From Clostridia bacterium (lineage in GTDB: Bacteria > Bacillota > Clostridia > Oscillospirales > CAG-272), in NCBI GenBank assembly GCA_017455975.1, contig JAFTLK010000039.1:6379-70378 (forward strand): DNA of 64,000 nucleotides, written 5' to 3'. The notes beneath the pieces are model-generated. The model had not been told where the DNA came from and made no database searches. It saw only the letters and a program-made list of their open reading frames with translations. Shown piece by piece: positions 1-9,534 of the stretch (positions are counted from its first letter, which is position 1; each line of letters starts with the position of its first letter). The position numbers and the translations under genes were made by a program.

Positions 1-428
1 CATTTGACGGCACGGCAAAGGTTCTCTCCTTTATGCCGGGGCTGCTGATGAAGTTTGTTGTCTTTGTCCTGCAGGTTATGGATTATTTTGGATGTCTGCC
101 GCGGTTTCTGTCGCGTCTGTCTCCGTTCCACGGCTCGTTTTTTATCACCTCGATGGGCTCGCTCGGCATTCCGCCGATCTATCACCATCTGTATGATTTC
201 GGCAATGTCCCCGTGTTCATGTCCTTCGGTGCAAAGAAGCACCGCTATGAGGTGCAGTCCGACGGCACGACAAAGCACGTTCCGTATGTCTCCTATACCG
301 TCGTCATGGATGAGCGCACGGTTGACGGCTTCTATTATGCGTCGGCGCTGCGCTACATGACCCGTATCTACCGCAACCCGTGGATTCTGGACGAACGTCC
401 CGAAACCGTTGTGGAGGATATTCCGTAA
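1..428 (+). CDS. 3' part of an acyltransferase with a 2-oxoacid-dehydrogenase E2 / CAT-like catalytic domain (5' end lies outside the window)
   Basis: Frame 3 is open from the window edge to the stop at 426-428. The C-terminal block VVMDERTVDGFYYASAL lines up with the E2 DHRxxDG active-site block, with Glu where the catalytic His normally sits. It is preceded by YHHLYDFG. Confidence 0.5.
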   Translation, partial: FDGTAKVLSFMPGLLMKFVVFVLQVMDYFGCLPRFLSRLSPFHGSFFITSMGSLGIPPIYHHLYDFGNVPVFMSFGAKKHRYEVQSDGTTKHVPYVSYTVVMDERTVDGFYYASALRYMTRIYRNPWILDERPETVVEDIP

Positions 429-459
429 TCCGTTTTTGCAAATTGTTTACGATTATGTC

Positions 460-488
460 TTGCTTTTTGGGCAAAGAAATGATATACT
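460..488 (+). promoter_or_regulatory. candidate sigma-A promoter upstream of mrnC
   Basis: TTGCTT (460-465), a 17-nt spacer, then TATACT (483-488), about 35 nt upstream of the mrnC ATG. Confidence 0.4.
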
Positions 489-524
489 AATAAGGATATC
501 AAAAACACCAAAGGATGCTCGCTT

Positions 525-947
525 ATGACAGAACCGACCAAGACCCCCGCCCTCTCCGAATACAGCGGAGCCGCACTTGCCTATCTCGGCGATGCCGTGA
601 TGGAGGTGCTGGTACGCAGAATGCTCGTCGGACGCGGCATCGGCAATGCGGGTAAGCTGTCAGCGCTGTCACTCGATTATGTCCGTGCCACGAACCAGAG
701 CCGCGGTCTGGAGGGGCTTCTTTCCCACCTGACAGAGGAAGAAACCGCCGTTTACCACCGCGGACGCAATGCCGCCGGTGCACATCCAAAGAGTGCGTCT
801 GTCAACGACTACCGCCGTGCCACGGGGCTGGAAGCGCTGTTTGGCTATCTGCATCTGAAGGGAGATACCGAACGTCTCGATACGCTGTTTGGTATCTATG
901 TCCGCTATCTGGAAGGAGAATCCGCTCATGCCGATGAAGAAAAGTAA
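525..947 (+). CDS. mrnC: Mini-ribonuclease 3
   Basis: 140 aa. N-terminal AALAYLGDAVMEVLVRR and GLEALFGYLHLKG are typical of Mini-RNase III. AAAGGA RBS at 511-516. Confidence 0.85.
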   Translation: MTEPTKTPALSEYSGAALAYLGDAVMEVLVRRMLVGRGIGNAGKLSALSLDYVRATNQSRGLEGLLSHLTEEETAVYHRGRNAAGAHPKSASVNDYRRATGLEALFGYLHLKGDTERLDTLFGIYVRYLEGESAHADEEK

Positions 948-1458
948 AAAAATCGCGCTGTGCGCCATACTGAGCGCCTTTTCCGTTCTGATGCTGTTCA
1001 TCGGCGCGGTCATTGATGTATTGAGCATGACGATGGTCGCCATCGCGTCGATGTTCGTTGTGGTCGTCATGATCGAGGTCGGTATGCCGTATCCTTGGCT
1101 GACATGGGGTGTCACCTCCGCGCTTTCCCTGATTTTGCTGCCGAATAAGCTCCCGGCAATCCTTTATTTCCTGTTCGGCGGACTGTATCCGATTGCAAAG
1201 GCCGCTTTTGAACGTCTGCACTATGTGGTCTCATGGATCCTCAAAATCAGCTATATCAACACCGCACTGCTGCTTGTTGTGACCGCGACCAAGTATATCT
1301 TCTACCTCAACGATTCGTCGATTGACTTTACGGTTCCGTTTCTTGTTGTCGGCAATGCCGCGCTGATCCTCTATGACATCGCACTGTCGAAGATCATCCT
1401 TCTGTATCTGGTCAAGATCCGCCATCATATGGGATTGAAAAACTATTTTTCCAACTGA
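928..1458 (+). CDS. small polytopic membrane protein, function unknown
   Basis: Several hydrophobic helices after a KKSKK N-terminus. I prefer the internal ATG at 928 (or 934) because the longer ORF from 889 would overlap mrnC heavily. Confidence 0.55.
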   Translation: MPMKKSKKIALCAILSAFSVLMLFIGAVIDVLSMTMVAIASMFVVVVMIEVGMPYPWLTWGVTSALSLILLPNKLPAILYFLFGGLYPIAKAAFERLHYVVSWILKISYINTALLLVVTATKYIFYLNDSSIDFTVPFLVVGNAALILYDIALSKIILLYLVKIRHHMGLKNYFSN

Positions 1459-1468
1459 ATACAAAAGT

Positions 1469-1511
1469 CCCGGACAAACCGCTTTTCCCAAAACGGTTGT
1501 CCGGGTTTTTT
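1469..1511. terminator. bidirectional intrinsic terminator between convergent genes
   Basis: CCCGGACAACCG-type 12-bp stem (1469-1481 pairs with 1494-1505) followed by TTTTTT (1506-1511), with an A-rich run on the other side. Confidence 0.7.
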
Positions 1512-1515
1512 CGTT

Positions 1516-3024
1516 TTATTTGTCATCCCGATCGGAGAGGAATGCCTTTACCGCCACACCGAGCGCGACAAGTGCTGCCGCCGCACCGAGTGCCGCAACG
1601 GCCATCGCCGTATCCTTGACGGTCTTCTTCGCTTCTTCTTTTTCCTGCTCTGCGGGCGTGATAACGTCCACGCGGAAGTTCTTTCCGGCAATGGAATGCG
1701 GGTAGACTTTCGTTGTCAGATCATCTGTGACGCAAATGCGGCCGCTCCGCTCTCCGCAGTCGGTGATATGCCGGTAATCGTCCTGATAGTCGCCTGCATC
1801 TCCCGTCTCAAACAGCTTCAGACAGGAGACGGGGATCTGCTCTGCATCTGCAGACGGCAAAGCTGCAAGCTCCGGTCGGTCGTTTTCCAGATATTCCTGT
1901 GCAACGGTCGAGAAGATATAGCCGTAGTTGGACAGCGGTTCATCGACCATCCAGTTGGCGACATACTGCACCGAGGCATTGTGGCGGTAGGAGGTCAGCC
2001 CCTGCTCAACATATCCCTCTGCGGTTGTCACACCATCGGCAATCATATAATAACCGTCGATCTCATTGCCGAAGGCTTTGCCGCTGCCGTCGAGAACCGA
2101 TGCGACATAGTCCATCGAAAATGCATGGTCAAAACCGGGTGCATCATCAACAACGACCAGATCGGCACATGCAGAAAGATCGGCAAAGCCGTATGTACAG
2201 CGGCGCACCGAAGCTCCGTCCCAGACGCATCCGAACTGTACTGCATACGGAATGGAGGGTGCTGTGGTCTTCTGTGCGGCAGCAAGCCGTTCAATGAGAG
2301 CTTTGAGCACGCGGTGGCGGCACTGATAGAACAGCACACCAAGCGGTCCGCGGTCACTGTCATCCGGCATCGGAACCTCGGCAAATGTCCGGTATTCCGT
2401 ACCAAGATCGAGATTCAATTCATCCGGTGTTTCATAGGCGTTGGCAAGGAAGTCCTCAAAGGCGCGCTTCATATGCACGGAATAATCGTATGCACCGGCA
2501 CACCAATATTCCGTTTCGCAGTATGGCGTAAATGTAGGGTAAGCATACGCAATGACGCCGGGTGCAAAGACCTCGGAAAAATGTTTCATCGCCGCAGTAT
2601 AGAAACGCACCATGCATTCCGTGCCGCGCGGGCTCGCATAGGATACCATCGCCGTTCCGTAATGGGTTTCGGGCACATGGGTATCGGCGCCGTATGCATA
2701 CTGAAATTCGTCGGTATCGATGACCGCATCCAGTGCAGTCGGAATTCCATCCTCGCCGATATGTACCTTTCTCTGCAGATCGACGGTCAGAATGACATCC
2801 ATCCCCCTGGAACGGATATATTCGATCTGCTTGTCGTACGGAGCAAAATCATACACACCCGGTGTTGTTTCCGCATTGAACCAGGACAGATGCAGACGGA
2901 CGGTCGAAAAGCCCTGTTTCGATACGCGGTCCACCAGAGCCGTAAACGGCTCCCATTCGGTGATTTCAAAGTTCCAGATGACAAACGCCAGTCTTCGTTT
3001 TGCGGCACTCAAGGATTGAACCAT
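1516..3024 (-). CDS. TIM-barrel glycoside hydrolase-like protein (GH42/GH14-like N-terminal region) with a C-terminal transmembrane anchor
   Basis: 502 aa. The N-terminal segment FSTVRLHLSWFNAETTPGVYDFAPYDKQIEYIRSRGMDVILTVDL resembles GH42-type barrels. The C-terminus TAMAVAALGAAAALVALGVAVKAFL is a single hydrophobic helix. Confidence 0.55.
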   Translation of the reverse strand: MVQSLSAAKRRLAFVIWNFEITEWEPFTALVDRVSKQGFSTVRLHLSWFNAETTPGVYDFAPYDKQIEYIRSRGMDVILTVDLQRKVHIGEDGIPTALDAVIDTDEFQYAYGADTHVPETHYGTAMVSYASPRGTECMVRFYTAAMKHFSEVFAPGVIAYAYPTFTPYCETEYWCAGAYDYSVHMKRAFEDFLANAYETPDELNLDLGTEYRTFAEVPMPDDSDRGPLGVLFYQCRHRVLKALIERLAAAQKTTAPSIPYAVQFGCVWDGASVRRCTYGFADLSACADLVVVDDAPGFDHAFSMDYVASVLDGSGKAFGNEIDGYYMIADGVTTAEGYVEQGLTSYRHNASVQYVANWMVDEPLSNYGYIFSTVAQEYLENDRPELAALPSADAEQIPVSCLKLFETGDAGDYQDDYRHITDCGERSGRICVTDDLTTKVYPHSIAGKNFRVDVITPAEQEKEEAKKTVKDTAMAVAALGAAAALVALGVAVKAFLSDRDDK

Positions 3025-3044
3025 ATGCTTACTCCTTCTATGTA

Positions 3045-4946
3045 TCAGGATTCTCTCATTTTCAGCCAGATCAGCAGAACGGAAATGTCTGCCGGGCTGA
3101 TGCCGGAGATACGCGATGCCTGCCCGATGCTCTCGGGGCGGATCTTCTGCAGCTTCTGCGCCGCTTCAATGCGGATGCCCTTGATCTGTGAATAGTCGGT
3201 ATCCTTTGGCAGAAGCGTATTCTCCATACGGCGGAACTTTTCGACCTCCGCCATTTCACGGGCGATGTAGCCCTCATATTTGATCTCGATCTGCGCACCG
3301 GTCATGACGGCACGCGAAAGGGTATCGGGTCTTGTGGTATCCACGGATGCCAGCACATCGTAATCCAACTGCGGACGCTTCAGCAGCTCACAGAGACGCA
3401 CACCGGTGGTCGGCGGCTGTGTTCCGCGTTCCTCACAGATGCGCTTCAGTTCGGCTGTCGGCGGCAGGGATACAGACCGGGTGCGTGCAACCTCACGGCG
3501 GATCGCCTCCTGCTTTTCAAGGAACGCCTGATACCGTTCCTCGCTGACAAGACCGATCTTGTAGCCGATCGGCGTCAGACGCGCATCGGCATTGTCCTGC
3601 CGCAGCAGCAGACGGTATTCCGAGCGGCTCGTCATAACGCGATAGGGCTCGTTGGTTCCTTTTGTGACGAGATCGTCGATCAGCATACCGATATATGATG
3701 TTTCGCGCGTCAGCACGAGCGGCTCGCGTCCGAGAATCTTCTGCGCGGCATTGATGCCGGCGACGATGCCCTGTGCCGCGGCTTCCTCATAGCCGGAGGT
3801 GCCGTTGAACTGTCCTGCGCCGTAAAGACCGTCGATATCCTTGAATTCCAGCGTCGGATACAGCTGGGTCGGATCGATACAGTCGTATTCAATGGCGTAT
3901 GCCGTGCGCATCATTTTTGCGTTTTCCATGCCGGGTAAGGTGGCGAGCATCTTCTTCTGCACTTCTTCCGGAAGGGAGGAGGAAAAGCCCTGCACGTAAA
4001 TTTCTTCCGTCTGCCATCCCATCGGCTCCAGAAACAGCTGATGGCGCGGCTTGTCGGAGAAGCGCACGACCTTGTCTTCAATCGACGGACAGTAGCGCGG
4101 ACCGACGCCGTGGATGCGTCCTGCATAAATCGGACTGCGGTCAAGGTTGGCACGGATAATATTATGCGTATTTTCGTTGGTATAAACGACATGACACGTG
4201 GTCTGCGGCATTGCGTGATATTCATCACGGTCGGTGCGGGTCGAGAACGGTTCTGATCCGTATTCGCCGTCCTGTACCTCCATGCCGTCAAAGTTGATGG
4301 ACGATTTCAGAATTCTTGCCGGCGTACCGGTCTTGAAGCGCATCACGCGCAGACCCTCACGCTCCAGCGCCGAGGTCAGCTCGGTAGCCGGAAGCATGCC
4401 GTCGGGACCGGACGGAAAAGCGACCTCACCGACGATGACCTGTGCGCAGAGGAATGTGCCGGCGCAGATGATTGCCGCCTTGACGTTCCAGACCGCGCCG
4501 TATTTTGTTGTAACGGAGTCGACATACTTTTTTCCGTTTTCATCGGTCGAACAATGAAAATCGGTGATCTCCGCCTGCACCATCGTCAGATTCGGCGTTT
4601 GTTCAATTGTATGCTTCATCAGCGTGCGGTACGCCTGTCGGTCTGCCTGCACGCGCTTGGAATGAACAGCGGGACCTTTTCCGAGGTTTAAGGTACGGCT
4701 CTGGATGGTGACCTTGTCTGCGGCATAGCCCATCTCCCCGCCGAGCGCATCGATTTCATAGACGAGATGTCCCTTGCCCGTTCCGCCGATGGACGGATTG
4801 CACGGCATATTACCGACCGCATCGAGATTGATTGTAAAAAGAACGGTATTGAGTCCGAGTCTGGCACACGCCAGCGCAGCCTCAATGCCTGCGTGTCCGG
4901 CGCCGATAACTGCGACGTCGGCTTCACCTGCCTGATATGTGATCAT
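3045..4946 (-). CDS. mnmG: tRNA uridine 5-carboxymethylaminomethyl modification enzyme MnmG (GidA)
   Basis: 633 aa. FAD-binding [19 protein letters not shown], then [24 protein letters not shown], with full-length family resemblance. Confidence 0.95.
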   Translation of the reverse strand: MITYQAGEADVAVIGAGHAGIEAALACARLGLNTVLFTINLDAVGNMPCNPSIGGTGKGHLVYEIDALGGEMGYAADKVTIQSRTLNLGKGPAVHSKRVQADRQAYRTLMKHTIEQTPNLTMVQAEITDFHCSTDENGKKYVDSVTTKYGAVWNVKAAIICAGTFLCAQVIVGEVAFPSGPDGMLPATELTSALEREGLRVMRFKTGTPARILKSSINFDGMEVQDGEYGSEPFSTRTDRDEYHAMPQTTCHVVYTNENTHNIIRANLDRSPIYAGRIHGVGPRYCPSIEDKVVRFSDKPRHQLFLEPMGWQTEEIYVQGFSSSLPEEVQKKMLATLPGMENAKMMRTAYAIEYDCIDPTQLYPTLEFKDIDGLYGAGQFNGTSGYEEAAAQGIVAGINAAQKILGREPLVLTRETSYIGMLIDDLVTKGTNEPYRVMTSRSEYRLLLRQDNADARLTPIGYKIGLVSEERYQAFLEKQEAIRREVARTRSVSLPPTAELKRICEERGTQPPTTGVRLCELLKRPQLDYDVLASVDTTRPDTLSRAVMTGAQIEIKYEGYIAREMAEVEKFRRMENTLLPKDTDYSQIKGIRIEAAQKLQKIRPESIGQASRISGISPADISVLLIWLKMRES

Positions 4947-4982
4947 GAATGTGTTTGTTTCCTGTCTATTGGTTTTTGTGAA

Positions 4983-6647
4983 TCATTTGCTCATCATGCG
5001 GAATACCTGCCAGCCGACGGTCTTGTCATATGCCGCAACCATCCCCTGGGACGGCGCGGAAAGATAGTCAAAGACCTGCGGGAGGATCCATTTACCGTTT
5101 GTATCGACAAGTCCCATCTTGCCGTTTTCGTCACCGACGACGATCATGCCTGACAAGCTCGGCGTGACAAACGAATACTGCGGCTGAACGATCCATTCGC
5201 TCTTGTAGTTCATGCAGCCGTACAGACCGGTATCGGTGTTCTGCAGCAGAAGCACGCCGTCGGCATATCCCGTCAGTCGGTATCCGATCGGAAGCGGGAA
5301 GCGATTGCCCTTGACATCAAACAGATAGGTGTCATCGGATTCTTTGATATAGTAGTACAGCTTGTAATTGAACAGATTCTGTCTGACACGGATGCGTGTC
5401 AGACCGTGGCTGAAATAATAGGTGCCGAGCGCCTCGATACCGTCGGTATCGGGCAGTGTGATATTTTCGTACGTCTCAAACTGTTCCGGTTCTGCGTAGC
5501 TGATCTGATAAACGACGGTTCCCTTTTCGTTGAGGAAGTACATATAGTAGCCGTCAAGCGCAATGGCATATCCGTCCCGGAAGTTGTACGCCTCGGTAAA
5601 GCGCGGATAAACGACCGTCTCACCTGTCTTTGCGTTTTTATATCCCCAGCGACCGTAGTTATAGAAACGAACGATATCGCAGTCGCTTTCACCGAAATCG
5701 AGCGGCGCATCAAACTGAAGGCCGCGCTCGGTTTCCTTGGGCGGATTTTCGTCGTTATATTCGCTCTCGATCCATTTGCCGTCATCGGACAGCGTATAAT
5801 ACGTGAGATGCTCGACCTCCATCTTCACCGGCTCTTCTTCAAAGAAGCCGCTTTCCATCGGACGTCCGCTGTATTCCCCCTTGGTCATGATCGGAAGATA
5901 AACATCCTCCTTGACACGCTTGACAGCCGCAAACAGCGCATTTCCGTTTTCATCCCGAAGCTCCGTCAGACGGAAGGATGATTCATCGTAATCGGACAGC
6001 AGCGTCGTGCCGTCGGGCTTGAGCAGGGAAAGCTTACCGTTGACATCGCGGATGATATACCCGTTGCGCAGCGTGACCGCAGGACGGTCCTCCGTAACAA
6101 AAACCTCATCGGTCACAATGCAGCCGCGTTCGTATTCGGTGACGACCGTATCGCGTACCTGATATTCGGAATATGAGAAGTTTTTGCCAAGTCCCGTCAG
6201 CGGGATCTTTGCAAGCACGGATTTTCCGCTCTGATAGATTCCGGTTGTCTGTGCCCGATATCCTTGATTCTGCAGTGTCTTTGCACTTTTCAGCGCATCG
6301 GATGCTGTTTTGGCAGTTTCCTTCTGCGGCTCGGCGGGCTTCGTCTGTACATTGCCGGCATTCGGTGTTCCGGTATTGCCCTGCTGCGTAGACGGAATCT
6401 CTGCCGTATCGGTACCGACGGGCTCTGTCACAGGTTCTGTATCCGGCGAGACCGGTTCGGTCACAGGCGCTGTTTCGACCGTCTCTGTTTCCGTCTCTGC
6501 ACGGTTCAGCGACACACGGTCAACAAAAGTCAAGTCAAAATATCCGTGCAGGTACATGCCCGCGCCGACCACGAGCACAAGCATCAGTGCCGTCGCAACC
6601 ACGCGAACCGTTTGTGTTCCGATAAAATGAAGGATGTGTTTCTTCAT
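4983..6647 (-). CDS. membrane-anchored WG-repeat (KWG-like) protein
   Basis: 554 aa. N-terminal TM helix, a Thr/Pro/Glu-rich linker, then repeated units of the type GRWGYKNAKTGETVVYPRF and NGKMGLVDTNGKWILPQVFDY. Confidence 0.6.
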   Translation of the reverse strand: MKKHILHFIGTQTVRVVATALMLVLVVGAGMYLHGYFDLTFVDRVSLNRAETETETVETAPVTEPVSPDTEPVTEPVGTDTAEIPSTQQGNTGTPNAGNVQTKPAEPQKETAKTASDALKSAKTLQNQGYRAQTTGIYQSGKSVLAKIPLTGLGKNFSYSEYQVRDTVVTEYERGCIVTDEVFVTEDRPAVTLRNGYIIRDVNGKLSLLKPDGTTLLSDYDESSFRLTELRDENGNALFAAVKRVKEDVYLPIMTKGEYSGRPMESGFFEEEPVKMEVEHLTYYTLSDDGKWIESEYNDENPPKETERGLQFDAPLDFGESDCDIVRFYNYGRWGYKNAKTGETVVYPRFTEAYNFRDGYAIALDGYYMYFLNEKGTVVYQISYAEPEQFETYENITLPDTDGIEALGTYYFSHGLTRIRVRQNLFNYKLYYYIKESDDTYLFDVKGNRFPLPIGYRLTGYADGVLLLQNTDTGLYGCMNYKSEWIVQPQYSFVTPSLSGMIVVGDENGKMGLVDTNGKWILPQVFDYLSAPSQGMVAAYDKTVGWQVFRMMSK

Positions 6648-6679
6648 ACATGTTCCTTTCGATTTGCAAGTTTCACACG

Positions 6680-7162
6680 TTATTTATGGTATTTTCCGCC
6701 GCCGAGAATGTTCATGGCGCGGTAGAGCTGCTCACACAGGATCACGCGCATCAGCTGGTGCGGAAAGGTCATCTGCGAAAAGGAGAGCTTCCAGTCGGCA
6801 CGCGCTTTGACCTCATCGGAAAGTCCGTCCGAGCCGCCGATGATAAACGCGATCTCCGAATATCCGTCGGTTGCAAGAGCATCGAGCCGTGCGGCAAACT
6901 GCTCCGAGGAGCATTGCTTGCCCTCAATACACAGCGCACAGACATAGGCGCGTTTCGGGATGGCTTCCAGAATCTTTTTTCCTTCTTTTTCAAGCGCCGC
7001 GCGGATCTCGTTCTGCGACGGGTTCTCCGGCAGATGCTCGTCCCGGCACTGGACCTCCGTCACACGCGCATACGCACCGAGGCGCTTGATATATTCCTTG
7101 AGGGCATCCGTCAGGTATTTTTCCTTGATCGTACCGACGGAAATGATCGTCACATTCAGCAC
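6680..7162 (-). CDS. rlmH: 23S rRNA (pseudouridine1915-N3)-methyltransferase RlmH
   Basis: 160 aa SPOUT protein (IIGGSDGLSDEV, FPHQLMRVILCEQLYRA). GTG start preceded by AAAAAGGAGA. Confidence 0.92.
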   Translation of the reverse strand: MLNVTIISVGTIKEKYLTDALKEYIKRLGAYARVTEVQCRDEHLPENPSQNEIRAALEKEGKKILEAIPKRAYVCALCIEGKQCSSEQFAARLDALATDGYSEIAFIIGGSDGLSDEVKARADWKLSFSQMTFPHQLMRVILCEQLYRAMNILGGGKYHK

Positions 7163-7217
7163 AGCGCGTCTCCTTTTTCATTGTCTGCCGCATGGGCAGA
7201 ATCATCCTTATTATAAT

Positions 7218-7246
7218 AGTATACTCCATCTTCGTCCCGTTGTCAA
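7218..7246 (-). promoter_or_regulatory. candidate sigma-A promoter for rlmH
   Basis: On the minus strand: TTGACA (7241-7246), a 17-nt spacer, then TATACT (7218-7223). Confidence 0.5.
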
Positions 7247-7475
7247 GCAAATCACAAAAAAGACACGAAAACGTTACGTATTCGGCAGATTCCATGCGTG
7301 TTATTGCCAGCGATTCAGATGTCTTTCGTTCATCAGGAACCGCCGCCGATGTTCGTACCGCCGCATCTGCGTGGACAGCGTAATAATTCCGCCAGGGGAA
7401 TACCATTTTGTTTCGCGCTTTCTCAAAGCGTAACCCCCCATTCACGCGCTTTTTCTGATAATTCTGTGAAATCCC

Positions 7476-7504
7476 TTGCCGTACGGCTTATTTTGTGGTA
7501 CAAT
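7476..7504 (+). promoter_or_regulatory. candidate sigma-A promoter (extended -10) for the LRR protein gene
   Basis: TTGCCG (7476-7481), a 17-nt spacer ending in TGG, then TACAAT (7499-7504). Confidence 0.5.
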
Positions 7505-7544
7505 AAAGAAAATAACGATTCTCCGAACGAAAGGATCCCCGAAT

Positions 7545-8504
7545 ATGCTGTTTTCTGTCAACGAACCCGATCTGCGCGATGTCAACACACCGGAGCAGGC
7601 GGCAAAAATCGACCGCTCCATCCGGATTCTGACGATCATCGTCATTGCGCTTGCAGCGGTCTTCCTCATCAATATGCTTGCCACCCGCGTCTTTGCACCG
7701 TCTTCCAACTATAAAAACGGTACTGCCGCCATGCAGGAAGGAAAATACGCCGAGGCCGTGGAGTATTTCACCGCCGCCGGTGACTATAAGGATGCCGCCG
7801 ACCAGCTTGCCCGTGCCAAGCAGTCCTATGCGAATCTGCTTGCCGGTAAAGAAAATGCGCTTTCCTATACCACGGCAGCTACACCGTGGCTTTCGGTGAC
7901 GGACGACGGTATGTTTGCATTTGCAAAGGATACGTATGAAAAAGCGGAAGAATTTCTTCCCAATCCGGGTGAGGTCATCATTCCCGACGTGCTGGACGGC
8001 ATTCTGATCACCTCCGTCAAGGAAAAAGCCTTTCTCAACGCCGACACGGTCACCTCGGTCGTCCTCCCGGACAAAATCACTGCGCTGCCTGACAGCTGCT
8101 TCTATAATGCAACCGCAATGCAGACAGTCACGCTTCCCGCTTCACTGACCGTCATTGCACAGCGTGCGTTCATCAACTGTAACTCCCTGCAGTCGGTCAT
8201 TCTGCCCGCCGGGGTTCGTGAAATCGGTCTGCGTGCGTTCAATAACTGCTACGCGCTGACATCCGCCGACCTTGGTGCCTGCGAAAGCCTGACCACGCTG
8301 GAATCTTATACCTTCTCCGAATGCTATGCACTTACGGAGGTTTCTCTGCCGGCGTCGCTTACATCCATTGAAGAAAATGTCTTCATCAACTGCGAATCGC
8401 TGAAAACCGTGCGTTTTGCAGGAACGGAAGCACAGTGGAATGCCATTGCTGTTTCGGAAGGAAATGACGCATTGTTGAATGCAAACATTGTGTTCGGCGG
8501 CTGA
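7545..8504 (+). CDS. membrane-anchored leucine-rich-repeat protein (BspA-like LRR)
   Basis: TM helix (ILTIIVIALAAVFLINMLA), then repeats of the type VTLPASLTVIAQRAFINCNSLQSVILPAGVREIGLRAFNNC. The ATG at 7545 has an AAAGGA RBS; the longer ORF from 7476 overlaps the promoter. Confidence 0.7.
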   Translation: MLFSVNEPDLRDVNTPEQAAKIDRSIRILTIIVIALAAVFLINMLATRVFAPSSNYKNGTAAMQEGKYAEAVEYFTAAGDYKDAADQLARAKQSYANLLAGKENALSYTTAATPWLSVTDDGMFAFAKDTYEKAEEFLPNPGEVIIPDVLDGILITSVKEKAFLNADTVTSVVLPDKITALPDSCFYNATAMQTVTLPASLTVIAQRAFINCNSLQSVILPAGVREIGLRAFNNCYALTSADLGACESLTTLESYTFSECYALTEVSLPASLTSIEENVFINCESLKTVRFAGTEAQWNAIAVSEGNDALLNANIVFGG

Positions 8505-8526
8505 ACCGAACCATAAAAAATCACAG

Positions 8527-8568
8527 CAAAGGAGTTGCTGCAAGTGGAGATTTGCAGCAACTCCTTTG
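8527..8568. terminator. bidirectional intrinsic terminator between convergent genes
   Basis: Perfect 17-bp stem: CAAAGGAGTTGCTGCAA (8527-8543) pairs with TTGCAGCAACTCCTTTG (8552-8568). T-rich tails on both strands. Confidence 0.75.
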
Positions 8569-8571
8569 TTT

Positions 8572-9534
8572 CTATGTTTCCTTCATCCAATCCTTTTTAT
8601 CCTTGAGCGCATCGTAAAGCTCCAGATAGCTGGTGTGACGGGACTTTGGAATCTGTTTTTGGGCAACAGCATCAAGAATGGCACAGCCGTCTTCCTTTGT
8701 GTGGGTACACTTGGTATAGCGGCAGCGCCCGATCTGCGGGACAAACTCACGGAATGTATACGGCAGCTCCTCCACAGAGAAGAAATCAAACCGCACAAAG
8801 TCCAGCATCGAAAAGCCGGGCGTATCCGCAAGATAGCCGCGGAATCTGCCGTCCGAGCATTGCGGCAGGGAAAAGAGATGTACCGCACGCGTCGTATGCT
8901 TGCCGCGCGCGATTTTTTCGCTGATTTCGCCGGTTTCCAGATCGAGATGCGGGAACAGCCGGTTCATTAAGGTCGACTTTCCGACACCCGACGCACCGCA
9001 GAACGCGGCGATGGTGCCATCGTCAAAGCGCGCAAGATACCCGGCAATCCGTTCATCCTCCGATGCTGTCTCCGCATCCGTCACAAACACGGTAAAGCCG
9101 CATTTTTCGTACTTTGTCCGCATCTGCTCCGCACGGTGCGGTTCCAAATCGGCCTTGGTCACGATCAGCACCGGCTCTATCTCCTGGTATTCGAGAATGC
9201 ACAGCAGCTTATCCAGAAAGCGCAGAGACGGATCGGGATCCTTTGCCGCGGCCACGACGAACATGACATCCAGGTTTGCCATGGCAGGACGGATCAGCGC
9301 ATTACGGCGTTCATAGATCTCGGCAAGCCATGCACCCGTCTGTGCGCCGCGCGCCTGCGTATTGTCCATTTCGTCATCTACGGTCACACGGACACGGTCA
9401 CCGACCAGCGGTGTCATACCGTCATGGCGGAAATTTCCCTTGGCACGGCAATCGGTCTCACATCCGTTGTCCTCACGTACGGTATACAGACCGCCGATGC
9501 CGCGGACAACGGTACCGGTAAATTCACGGATCAC
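8572..9534 (-). CDS. rsgA: ribosome small-subunit-dependent GTPase A
   Basis: 320 aa. Circularly permuted GTPase motifs (TKADL, GASGVGKSTLMNRL, DTPGF) and a C-terminal Cys cluster. GTG start overlaps the prkC stop (GTGA). Confidence 0.9.
   Translation of the reverse strand: MIREFTGTVVRGIGGLYTVREDNGCETDCRAKGNFRHDGMTPLVGDRVRVTVDDEMDNTQARGAQTGAWLAEIYERRNALIRPAMANLDVMFVVAAAKDPDPSLRFLDKLLCILEYQEIEPVLIVTKADLEPHRAEQMRTKYEKCGFTVFVTDAETASEDERIAGYLARFDDGTIAAFCGASGVGKSTLMNRLFPHLDLETGEISEKIARGKHTTRAVHLFSLPQCSDGRFRGYLADTPGFSMLDFVRFDFFSVEELPYTFREFVPQIGRCRYTKCTHTKEDGCAILDAVAQKQIPKSRHTSYLELYDALKDKKDWMKET

Noticed and set aside
1696-3195. Very long ORFs antisense to well-supported genes. Examples: 1696-3195 (+), 15043-16359 (+), 22788-23858 (-), 30350-32026 (+), 38331-40004 (+), 54329-55447 (+).
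   Set aside because: Each lies entirely opposite a gene with clear family motifs (GH, fmt, rny, rimO, gyrB, hemW). Their translations are low-complexity Arg/Cys/His-rich strings with no recognisable domains. These are typical shadow ORFs of GC-biased codon usage.
7247-7475. A 230-bp gap between the divergent rlmH and LRR-gene promoters, with ORFs 6990-7445 (-), 7192-7383 (+) and 7298-7714 (+).
   Set aside because: The ORFs overlap rlmH or the promoters, lack RBSs and have implausible compositions. Apart from the small hairpin at 7416-7453 (reported separately) I see no tRNA, riboswitch or gene signature.
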